Source: an uncultured Methylomirabilota bacterium (GTDB lineage Bacteria > Methylomirabilota > Methylomirabilia > Methylomirabilales > 2-02-FULL-66-22). From it: a DNA stretch of 64,000 nt. Where the stretch lies: assembly GCA_963705305.1 (NCBI GenBank), contig OY970067.1, positions 1,440,001 to 1,504,000 on the forward strand, in the 5' to 3' direction. A program made the translations under genes and the position numbers. Each line of letters begins with the position of its first letter. Position 1 is the first letter of the stretch. Positions 39,334-47,432 of this stretch are shown piece after piece. The notes beneath the pieces are model-generated. The model did no database searches, was not told the origin of the DNA, and saw nothing but the letters and a program-made list of their open reading frames with translations.

Positions 39334-40251
39334 CTAGTTTCCCTCCAGCTGGATGCTCCCCGCGATCACGGGGACGGTGCTGCCGCCGACCCGGATGCCC
39401 GTTGGCATACCGGCCGCGTCCCGGGTGACCTCGACCCAGATGCGGCTTGGCCGCCCCATCTCCACTCCCTGCTCGATCACGAAGCTTTCCCGGTCCCGCG
39501 GCAGGATGCCGTGAACGGCCAGGTAGGCCCCCAGGGGACCTGCCGCCGAGCCGGTGGCCGGGTCCTCGGGGACCCCGGCGCCGGGAGCGAACATGCGCGA
39601 GCGGACCAGCACCTCTTCCTTGGCCCCCGCCAACGCGAAGACATAGCATCCGAGCGCTCCCGCCTCGCGGAGAAGGTGGCCCAGAGCCGTCGGGTTGACC
39701 CGGATCGCCCCCAGCACCTCCCGATCGGGGAGCGCCACCATGAGATGCTCGAGCCCGGTGGACACCACCTGGACCGGAAGCGGGCTGCGGGCCAGGGAGA
39801 ACGGGTCCAGGCCCAGCGCCTCGGCCAGCGGCGTGACGTCCCGGGCGGCCCCGCCGAAGACCGGTTTGCCCTGCGTCATCACCACGCGCCCCGGCCGGCC
39901 GTCCGTCACCTCGATGTCCAGGGGGAGGGTGCCGATGCCCACCTGCTGGAAGATCCGGGTGACCGGCTCCTGCAGGGGAAACCGCCCGGCGCGCGCCAGG
40001 ACGTAGGCGGTCCCGACGCTGGGATGGCCGGCGAAGGGAATCTCGCGGGCGGGGGTGAAGATCCGCATCCAGTACGTCGCCTGCGAGTCCGTGGGCGGAA
40101 GCACGAAGGTCGTCTCGGACAGATTCATCTCCTGGGCAATGGCCTGCATCTGCCGGGCGGACAGACCCGCCGCGTCCGGGACCACGCACAGCGGATTCCC
40201 CGCGAACGGCCGGTCGGCGAACACATCCACCTGCTCGAACGAGATCCGCAT
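39334..40251 (-). CDS. PhzF family isomerase/epimerase
   Basis: QVDVF..GNPL, NLSETTF, EIPFAGHP, EDPATGSA, EQGVEMGRPS. Confidence 0.93.
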   Translation of the reverse strand: MRISFEQVDVFADRPFAGNPLCVVPDAAGLSARQMQAIAQEMNLSETTFVLPPTDSQATYWMRIFTPAREIPFAGHPSVGTAYVLARAGRFPLQEPVTRIFQQVGIGTLPLDIEVTDGRPGRVVMTQGKPVFGGAARDVTPLAEALGLDPFSLARSPLPVQVVSTGLEHLMVALPDREVLGAIRVNPTALGHLLREAGALGCYVFALAGAKEEVLVRSRMFAPGAGVPEDPATGSAAGPLGAYLAVHGILPRDRESFVIEQGVEMGRPSRIWVEVTRDAAGMPTGIRVGGSTVPVIAGSIQLEGN

Positions 40252-40263
40252 GGTCCCTCCCGC

Positions 40264-41427
40264 CTATCCCAGGGCTTTCCGGTACAGGGCGACAACGTCC
40301 TGCCGGTCGGGCCGGCGGGGGTTCAGCGAGATGCCGGTGACGGACCGCATGGCACCGTCGGCGAGCGCATCGATCATCCCCTCGGTGACCCCCACCTCGC
40401 GGAGGCTTCGGGGGATGCCCACGTCGGCTGCCAGCTCGCGGACCGCGTCCACCGCCAGTCGGGCGGCCTCCATGGCCGAGAGATCGTGGATGGGTTCCCC
40501 CAGCGCCGCCGCGATATCGGCGTGCCGCTGGGGGCTGCCCATGAGGTTGAACTCCATGCCGTACGGGAGGAGGATGGCGTTGGCGACCCCGTGTGGGACC
40601 TGGGCGTGGCCGGTGACTGCATGGGACATGGCATGGACCAGGGTGGTGCGGGTATTGTTGAAGCCCAGGCCCGCCAGCATGCTGGCCATGGCCATGCCGC
40701 TGAGATCCGCCAGGTTCCCGTTGGCCACGGCCGGCCGGAGGTGCTGCCCGATCATCCGGATGGCCTGGATGTTGAAAGAGTCCGACACGGGCTGGGCCGC
40801 CTGACTGGTGTAGGACTCGACGGCGTGGCAGAGCGCGTCCATCCCCGTCGAGGCCACCAGCCGCCCCGGGAGCTTCACGAGGAGGGACGGATCCACCAGG
40901 GCGACCCTGGGGATGTTGTAGGGGCTGCCGATCCCCATCTTGAATTTCTTCTCGGTGTCGGTGATGACGGTGAACTGGGTGACTTCGGAGCCGGTCCCAC
41001 AGGTGGTGGGGATGGCGATCAGCGGCGGGAGCGGCTTTCTGATCTTATCCGCCCCGAAGTACTCGCGGATATCGCCGCCGTTGGCGGCCAGCAGCCCAAT
41101 GGCCTTGGCGGCATCCATGGGGCTGCCCCCGCCCACGGCCACCAGGCCGTCGCAGCGCTGGGCTGTGTAGAGCGCGAGTCCCTTCGCCACCGTCGCCACG
41201 CTGGGATTCGGCTCCACCTCGCCGTAGAGCGTCCAGGCGATGCCCGCGGCGTCGAGCTGGGCGGTGACGAGGCCGGGGATGTCCGTCTGGGCCAGCCCGC
41301 TGTCGGTGACGACGAGCGCGCGGGAGATCCCCAGGCGGGCCGCCTCAGGTCCTACCTGCCGGACGGTCCCCACGCCGAAGACGATGCGGGGGGCCATGCT
41401 GAGCGTATAGGTCTTGCTGGTGTCCAT
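40264..41427 (-). CDS. Iron-containing alcohol dehydrogenase
   Basis: GGGSPMDAAK, PTTCGTGSE, DALCHAVESY, HAMSH, HGVANA. Confidence 0.93.
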   Translation of the reverse strand: MDTSKTYTLSMAPRIVFGVGTVRQVGPEAARLGISRALVVTDSGLAQTDIPGLVTAQLDAAGIAWTLYGEVEPNPSVATVAKGLALYTAQRCDGLVAVGGGSPMDAAKAIGLLAANGGDIREYFGADKIRKPLPPLIAIPTTCGTGSEVTQFTVITDTEKKFKMGIGSPYNIPRVALVDPSLLVKLPGRLVASTGMDALCHAVESYTSQAAQPVSDSFNIQAIRMIGQHLRPAVANGNLADLSGMAMASMLAGLGFNNTRTTLVHAMSHAVTGHAQVPHGVANAILLPYGMEFNLMGSPQRHADIAAALGEPIHDLSAMEAARLAVDAVRELAADVGIPRSLREVGVTEGMIDALADGAMRSVTGISLNPRRPDRQDVVALYRKALG

Positions 41428-41483
41428 GCCGTGCGCCTCCGTGTGGGGTCAATAGGGGCCGAGCATCCTTCGGAAGAGATTAG

Positions 41484-41636
41484 CAGAGTGCTGAAAAACT
41501 CTTTTTCGATCAGGCTGCTCAAAAAGGTCCAGATGCAGGGCGCAGCGCGATCCGCGGCGCGAGGCGTACTTAACGCGCACGTCGCAGCGCCGCGGGAGCG
41601 CCGCAACGCAGCAGATGGGACTTTTTCAGCAGTCTA
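41484..41636. mobile_element. MITE-like palindromic element, copy 2, in the Fe-ADH leader
   Basis: AGGCTGCTCAAAAAGGTCCAGATGCA...GCAGATGGGACTTTTTCAGCAGTCT; TTAG/TTAA flanks; lies between a TTGACA-18-TAGCGT promoter (about 41645-41674, minus) and the gene. Confidence 0.8.
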
Positions 41637-41766
41637 TTAAGGAGACGCTATCCCCCGGGGGTACGAGGTGTCAAGGAGAGATCGATGGAGCCCGCACACA
41701 GCGGATGATCGAAGAGATCTCGTCCGGCGCCGCGGCACAGGAACACTGCCGCGTCGCTCGATCCTC

Positions 41767-41800
41767 ATAAGTCTAATAAGTCTACTACGTCCCCTTATTT
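41767..41800 (-). repeat. GGGGACGT end-motif variant
   Basis: Minus strand AAATAAGGGGACGTAG-TAGACTTAT-TAGACTTAT. Confidence 0.65.
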
Positions 41801-41820
41801 GGATGCGGCGGCTTGTGCTC

Positions 41821-42198
41821 TCAGTCAATGCCGCGCAGCTCGGTGCGCTCCCGGGGGATGTCGTACAGCACGCGCAGGATCTGGCCGATGATCGCGGCGA
41901 CCCGGTCCTTCTCGGAAGCCGGGACACTCTGCTGGCGGGCGAATTCCACCAGCGCTCGCTTGGTCCGGAATCGCCGCTTGTCTTGCAGGGCGGCGGCCAG
42001 CTCCTCCCGGCTGAGGACGGTGATATCGAGGGGGGGAAGAGGCTCCGCGGGCTGCCGGGGCCGCCGGGCAGACTTGGGCCGTTCCACCCCCAGCGCCTTG
42101 AGCAGGTCCGCCAGGGGCAGGTCGGGTCCCTCCAGCAGGGTTGCGCGGAGCTTCCCCAGCCACTCGGCGAATTCGTGGGTGCGCATTCCTCCGGCCAT
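41821..42198 (-). CDS. Small basic hypothetical protein coupled to parA
   Basis: Starts 1 nt after the ParA stop (TGACATG); alternative ATG 42186 has a GGAGG RBS. Confidence 0.7.
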   Translation of the reverse strand: MAGGMRTHEFAEWLGKLRATLLEGPDLPLADLLKALGVERPKSARRPRQPAEPLPPLDITVLSREELAAALQDKRRFRTKRALVEFARQQSVPASEKDRVAAIIGQILRVLYDIPRERTELRGID

Positions 42199-42199
42199 G

Positions 42200-43120
42200 T
42201 CACGTTCCCTCGGATGCGGCCAACCGATCCAAAAGCTCTTCGGTCGCCCGCCGAAACTGATCCTGGAGCGCCCTGACCTTCCGGTCCGGGGACACCGAGA
42301 TGGGGATCTTGCCCTCGGGGGCCTCCGAGACGGCGACGCTCTCCGTGATGAAGCGCCGGAACACCAGCCCCGTGCGCCCCGGGGTGTTGTGGACCCCCTG
42401 GATGGCCTGCTGCTGCACCTTGGGGAGCCGGAGCGGCGGCCCGAATTCCAGCACCCGCACGCGGTTGAACAGGATCCCCAGGAGCCTCGGCTCTTCGTAC
42501 ATCGCTCCAATCACCTCGAACGTCCGCCGCATGCCGGCCACGAACCGATCCACCTGACGCTGAATGAGGGCGATCCCCAGCGTCGAGAGGTAGTCGGGGA
42601 GCGTCGGGACGAGGTAGGCCCGGCTGGCGAAGAGGCCGTTCTGGGTCACTAGGCTGAAGTTGGGCGGACAGTCGCAGAGGATGAAGTCATACCGATCCTC
42701 GAGATCCGCCAGGTGGGCCTTCAGCATCGCCTGCGGTCCGAAGAGCCCCCGGTCGAAGCCGCTCGCGCCGGCCAGCCGCTCGTCGATGGTGACGAGCGAA
42801 AGGTGGGAGGGGAGGAGGTCCAGCCCCGGGATCGCCAGGCCCCCGGCGGCGACGTCCGAGACGATGGCCCGGTCGATCCTGAAGGTCTGCTTCCGGGCGA
42901 TGTAGTCCTCGAACAGATTCCGGAGGGAGCCCTTGCGCCGCACCCAGTCCACCCAGAACCCTTGCTCCAGCAGGTAGAAGGTGGCGTTGGTCTGGGGATC
43001 GAGGTCGATCAAGAGAACCTGTTTCCTGTGATAGGCGGCCAGGCAGACGGCGATCTCCACGGTGCAGGTGGTCTTGCCCACGCCGCCCTTGAAGTTAATG
43101 AAGCTGACGATCCGCGCCAT
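42200..43120 (-). CDS. ParA/Soj-family ATPase (orphan, no parB)
   Basis: NFKGGVGKTT deviant Walker A, IDLDPQ, DCPP. Confidence 0.9.
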   Translation of the reverse strand: MARIVSFINFKGGVGKTTCTVEIAVCLAAYHRKQVLLIDLDPQTNATFYLLEQGFWVDWVRRKGSLRNLFEDYIARKQTFRIDRAIVSDVAAGGLAIPGLDLLPSHLSLVTIDERLAGASGFDRGLFGPQAMLKAHLADLEDRYDFILCDCPPNFSLVTQNGLFASRAYLVPTLPDYLSTLGIALIQRQVDRFVAGMRRTFEVIGAMYEEPRLLGILFNRVRVLEFGPPLRLPKVQQQAIQGVHNTPGRTGLVFRRFITESVAVSEAPEGKIPISVSPDRKVRALQDQFRRATEELLDRLAASEGT

Positions 43121-43126
43121 GGCCGC

Positions 43127-44632
43127 TCAGCGCTTCTCGGGGGCGTATCGGTGGGCCCGGACCAGGATCCGGATCATGTCCTCGGCCGCCGCCAGGGCGT
43201 CGCTCTGCGGATTCTGCCACAGCGCCAGCTCCTTGGCGGTGAGCATCATCAGGTAGCGGAGCTGGGTCGCGGGGTCGTCCCGCGTGGCCCGGTAATCCGG
43301 ATGCAGTTCGTTCACCCGGATCACCCGGGCGACCGGATCGAGCTCGCTGCGGAGATGGCGCTTCTCTTCGGAAAAGGGGATCAGCTGCCAGCTCGGGAGC
43401 GGCCGGCGACGCTGGCGGGCCACGCCCGGCGCCTCCGAGTTGACCGTCTCGATGGCCGACCGGCCGGGGGCCTCGCCGGCCCGTTCCGGGCGCCCTCCGG
43501 GAGCCCCATTCCCTTCTATGCCGCCCGGTGCCGGCTCGCCGGCGGGGTCCGAGACCGGTCCCCGCAGCGGGTTCTCCACGTCCGCCAGGTCTCGCAGCAC
43601 CTGGGCGAAGATCTCGCGGAGCCGCAGGAACAGCTCGCGGTCCGTGCGCTCCTGGTGCTCTCTGGTGATGCGGGCCAGCTCCTCCCGCAGCCCCTCCTCT
43701 AGGTCGCGGAGGGCGGCCAGGAGGGCCGGGAAGCGCGCCGCGTCCCGCACCACGCTCTTCCGGCCGGTCGTCTGCTCTAGCGCCGGGAAGATCACCTCGC
43801 CCTGGATCTGGCCCGTATTCCAGGGGCTCCCGCTGAACTCGTCCAGGGCGGCGAGGTCGTCCAGGATGGTGGTCCCGCCATTCCCCACCAGGGAGACGCC
43901 CCGCCCCGCAGCCGGGGTGGGCCAGAGGAAGAGGTGGATCCGGATCTGTCCGTGGGGCGTCCGGACAGAAGCCGCCTCGAACTGAATCCCCTTGTAGATC
44001 TCCGGCCGGACGATGACGCTCTTGCGGCCCTCCAGCAGCTCGATGATGTAGTCGCCCGCGAGGAGCGCCTGCCGCCGCCGGAGTCGAAAGTACTCGGTCA
44101 GTTTGGGGATGGAGAGGACGCGCCAGGTGTCCTTCCCGATCCCTGTGAGGTAGACGTCCGTCCCCGGCTCGCTCCGCAGCCGCGCCGGCTCTTCGCCGAT
44201 CTCGCAGGTCTCGGCCCCGCGCCGCAGGCGCATCCGCCACGTGGCCGCTTCCCCCTCGTGGCGGGTGACGATGTCGCACTGCTCCGCGATGGATGCGAAG
44301 CCGAGGAGGCCGATGCCCTTTTCCCCGATGATGTGCTCGGCCTCCCGGGCCCGGGCCTTCTCCGACTCGCACAGGCTCCCCGCCACCTGCTCCAGGCGCT
44401 GGCGGGTCATGCCGCGCCCTTCGTCGGAGATGCGGATATGCGGATCGCGTCCGGCGCGGCGGAGCAGGATCCGGATGGTCCGGCCGGGAGGCCCCGCCTG
44501 CGCCTACTCGTCCGCCGCGTTCGAGACGAACTCGTTCAGCGCGTCGCGCGGATCGGCGTACACCTGGCCGAGATACAGAAGGTTCTTCGCCAGGCTGGCG
44601 ATGCGCAGGGGGATGGTTCGTGCCGTGCTCAC
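43127..44632 (-). CDS. GHKL (MORC/Hsp90-like) ATPase with an in-frame TAG at 44504-44506
   Basis: From GTG 44632: YADPRDALNEFVSNAADE*AQ...ISDEGRGM...GEKGIG...GTDV; C-terminal RVNELHPDY; ORF track begins only at the internal Met 44410. Confidence 0.8.
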
Positions 44633-44779
44633 CTCGCGACCCCGTTGCGTGATCTTGTCCCACCGCGGCCCGCGGCTCGTGCCGAGACCATGGCGGCGGC
44701 TCCCTGTTTCCGCAACACGGAGGGGCCCGGAGAAACCATCTTTGGCTTGGATACGGCCCGCTGCCCCATGGCCATTCTC

Positions 44780-45010
44780 CTACTGGAAGAGACGCTCGAC
44801 GAGCGCCTCACGGCTCAAGCCATGGTGCTGCGCGATGTCTGCGAGGATGCCGATGCGCAGGGGGAAGTGACGAGGAATGGTGACGTGGTGTTCCTTGCCT
44901 GCCCGACTGGTTAGGCGCATGTGGCTCCCGGTCTAGCGGGTGACTTCGTACCCAAGAGCCTTCAAGGTGCGTGCGAGGTGTTCACCCGAGATGTCACGGG
45001 GAAGCCTCAT
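44780..45010 (-). pseudogene. hicA: HicA-family toxin with an internal TAG (codon 26)
   Basis: MRLPRDISGEHLARTLKALGYEVTR*TGSHMRL...HHVTIPRH..LRIG; absent from the ORF track. Confidence 0.85.
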
Positions 45011-45213
45011 ACGGCGATCACCTCTTCGCGAATGAAGTAGAGCCGAACGACCTTGGGCCTCTGGCCTTCATCGAAGTGGCATCGAACGGCATCGCGGACC
45101 TGGCTCTGCAGTTGCTCCAACGTGTCGGCCTCCGTGAAGATTGACGCGTTCAAGCCGCGTGCCGTGTCCCCCCCTTCGGGGGCTTCTTCCACGACAAAGA
45201 TCACTTCTTCCAT
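45007..45213 (-). CDS. HicB-like antitoxin (short form)
   Basis: MEEVIFVVEEAPEGG..A..L..SIFTEADTLEQL...VRDAVRCHF; ATGA overlap with hicA. Confidence 0.8.
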   Translation of the reverse strand: MEEVIFVVEEAPEGGDTARGLNASIFTEADTLEQLQSQVRDAVRCHFDEGQRPKVVRLYFIREEVIAV

Positions 45214-45396
45214 GCCGCAACCTCTTCCCGCGCCCGACCAGGACTTCGTGCGGCCGATTCTCGCGCGCTCCCCCGATTTCTGCAAGACTCGGCCATCTTC
45301 CCGGGACAAACCCCCCACCGGCCGTGAAGCTCCCGCGCGCCACCAAGCATCACGGGTTACGTTACCCCGAAGACCCGTTCGCCGCAAGACCGGAGT

Positions 45397-45475
45397 CGGC
45401 GCAGGAAGGTCCGGCCCGAAGGTCCGGTCTGAGTGTATCGCCCGCCGCGTTCGAGACGAACTCGAGCAGGGCGTT
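45397..45475 (-). pseudogene. Degenerate duplicate of the GHKL ATPase N-box region
   Basis: 23-bp exact repeat 45442-45464 = 44512-44534; reads NALLEFVSNAAG/YTQTGPSGRTF. Confidence 0.8.
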
Positions 45476-45615
45476 TCGCGCTCAAGCGGGCTCCCGACTG
45501 CCTGCCCGAACTCGTGGAAGGAGTCGGCGGTCTCCCACCCCAGCTCTTTGAAGAGCGCAATCGCCGGCCGTTCGATCAGAGAGTTTTCCGAGTAGCCAGA
45601 TCCATCTCCAGCCAC
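45472..45615 (-). pseudogene. Type I restriction enzyme HsdR N-terminal stub
   Basis: YSENSLIERPAIALFKELGWETADSFHE...LERET resembles HsdR N-termini; truncated. Confidence 0.65.
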
Positions 45616-45629
45616 GAAGGACGCTCCCC

Positions 45630-45884
45630 CTAACCGATCATCTTGTCGTATTCGGCGTGGGTGCCAATCCAGAACCAAAGCACCCCGTCAGGCGCCTCGA
45701 CGCCGATCGCCCGGTGACGCATACCGACCCGGACCGACCAGAGGCTGCCAGCCTTCTTTAAATGGAGCGATGGATGGCGTGGGTCCGACTTCAGGAGAGC
45801 AAAAGACCTATCGGCGAGTTCCCGCACAGAGTCAGGCAAGGCGCGATATTGGGTCCAGAAGGCGGGGGAGGCGTGGTGCTTCAC
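45630..45884 (-). CDS. ParE/RelE-like toxin
   Basis: FW..Y..LP..V..LA...F.LLK.DP.HPSLH.KK....WSVRVG..HRAIG....WFWIGTHAEYD. Confidence 0.82.
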   Translation of the reverse strand: MKHHASPAFWTQYRALPDSVRELADRSFALLKSDPRHPSLHLKKAGSLWSVRVGMRHRAIGVEAPDGVLWFWIGTHAEYDKMIG

Positions 45885-46081
45885 AGCTCGGTGGATCGTC
45901 CGGCAGCGTGGTCTTGCAGTGCACGCTGTGCCAGAGAATCCAGCTTGCCGGCCTTGACGTCAGCTTCGAATTGCCGGTCCCAGGCTTCCGCATCAAATCG
46001 CGCGAACCACCGACGGAATACGGCTAGCTCGTCAGGTAAGAGGGCTTTGATCTGGCTCTCGATATCTTGCACCTTGCCCAC
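45881..46081 (-). CDS. Putative antitoxin paired with the ParE-like toxin
   Basis: IESQIKAL..DEL..FR.WF....AEAWDRQFEADVKAGKLD; GTGA overlap with the toxin. Confidence 0.78.
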   Translation of the reverse strand: MGKVQDIESQIKALLPDELAVFRRWFARFDAEAWDRQFEADVKAGKLDSLAQRALQDHAAGRSTEL

Positions 46082-46195
46082 GAGAAACCTCACTTGCGTA
46101 AGAAAGCCACAACAAAAGCGTACCGTCTGCCGTCCCAGGTGTCAACGCGAAAACCTTTTCGGAATTGGCTCTGGACGGCAAGAGCGACTCCCGTT

Positions 46196-46331
46196 TCACC
46201 AACCGAACTCCGTATGACACTTGTCCACCGGCGTCTTCAGCCCGCGGCGGATGGAGGCGCGCATTCCCGGCATGGAAAGCAGGTACAGGGTTTCCTGGAC
46301 GGCGCGCTTCGGTCACGGTCATGCTCGTCAT
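46196..46331 (-). pseudogene. Phd/YefM antitoxin with an internal deletion
   Basis: MTSMTVTEAR then a frame change to VQETLYLLSMPGMRASIRRGLKTPVDKCHTEFGW*; the middle of the protein is missing. Confidence 0.8.
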
Positions 46332-46441
46332 GGGAACCTTCTCCCGGCAATCTGCAAGCGTACGTAATACCGTAGGCCATCCGCTCGTTTTCTTCAAGCG
46401 CCATATTCGCCGGGGAATCCCGGCCCGCGTCACCCCGCCAG

Positions 46442-46476
46442 AAATAGGGGACGTAATTGACTAATAAGTTGACTAA
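46442..46476 (+). repeat. GGGGACGT end-motif variant
   Basis: AAATAGGGGACGTAA-TTGACTAA-TAAG-TTGACTAA; shares AAATAGGGGACGT with 25621. Confidence 0.65.
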
Positions 46477-46592
46477 CTTGTCTCAAAGGCATCGGGCCGG
46501 CCGCGAGGGGTGGGGGCTGGAGACAAGTCCTCGGAAGGCTGCAAGGGGGGATAGCGGTGCCTGCGGTCGCTGCCGCGCGGGAGCGGGGCTTG

Positions 46593-46628
46593 ATAACGCT
46601 TGACGTTATTACCGTGCGGCGTTAGCAT
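46593..46628 (+). promoter_or_regulatory. higBA promoter with operator palindrome
   Basis: TTGACG(46600)-17 nt-TAGCAT(46623); ATAACG-N5-CGTTAT over -35; ATG 8 nt after -10 (probably leaderless). Confidence 0.65.
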
Positions 46629-46636
46629 CCTCTCCC

Positions 46637-46918
46637 ATGATCCGTAGCTTCCGGGATCCCGACACCGAGCGGACCTTCACCCGGGAGGGGTCGCGCAGAT
46701 TTCCGCCGGCCCTTCAGGGGGCGGCCTTGCGCAAGCTGGTGCTCCTCCACGGGGCCGTTACGCTTCGCGACCTGCGGATCCCCCCGGGCAACCGGCTGGA
46801 GAAGCTGCGCGGGAAGCGCACGGGGCAATACAGCATTCGGGTCAATGATCAGTATCGTATCTGTTTCGAGTGGCGGGACGGGGACGCCTATCGGGTGGAG
46901 GTCGCCGATTACCACTGA
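46637..46918 (+). CDS. higB: HigB toxin (RelE/ParE superfamily)
   Basis: MIRSF, DLRIPPGNRLEKL.G.R.GQYSIRVNDQYRICF.W, DYH. Confidence 0.93.
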   Translation: MIRSFRDPDTERTFTREGSRRFPPALQGAALRKLVLLHGAVTLRDLRIPPGNRLEKLRGKRTGQYSIRVNDQYRICFEWRDGDAYRVEVADYH

Positions 46919-46927
46919 GGAGGAGGC

Positions 46928-47233
46928 ATGCCGAGCAAGAAACTGGCCCCGGTCCACCCGGGGGAGATCCTGCTGGAGGAGTTTCTCAAGCCGATGGGCG
47001 TCTCGCAGTACCGGATCGCCGCGGCCATCGGGGTGCCGCCGCGCCGCATCAACGAGATCGTCCACGGCAAGCGGGCGATCACGGCCGACACGGCCCTGCG
47101 GCTGTCCCGCTACTTCGGCACCTCAGAGCCCTTCTGGATGAATCTGCAGGCGCACTACGACCTCGAGGTGCAGAAGGATCTCCTCGGGGATCGCCTCGCG
47201 CGGGAAGTCGTTCCTTTGGCGAAGGCGGGATGA
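46928..47233 (+). CDS. higA: HigA antitoxin (HTH)
   Basis: PVHPGEILLEEFL, RINEIVHGKRAITADTALRL, FWMNLQ. Confidence 0.93.
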   Translation: MPSKKLAPVHPGEILLEEFLKPMGVSQYRIAAAIGVPPRRINEIVHGKRAITADTALRLSRYFGTSEPFWMNLQAHYDLEVQKDLLGDRLAREVVPLAKAG

Positions 47234-47432
47234 CGGCAGCGCAGGAAGCGCCCCCCACCAGGAACTCCCCGACGAAGCGTGAAGCGGACGTGAGGGCTTG
47301 TTTCCCCCGTTGACGTGCGCTCTCCCAGCCGGAGGGTTCCCGTCGATTCCTCCGTCGCGCCAGGCCCGGAAAGACCAACGGGGGTCCCGTGATCCGGAAC
47401 CCCCGTTGGCAAACTCTCGAGGAAACAGACGC

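Noticed and set aside
42200..43120. Chromosome or plasmid partition locus
   Set aside because: No parB, rep or parS-like array nearby; context is a defence-type island
44504..44935. Pyrrolysine or recoded TAG in the adjacent GHKL and hicA genes
   Set aside because: The positions correspond to Tyr (TAC in the duplicate fragment) and probably Gln; TAG is used as a normal stop in many core genes here
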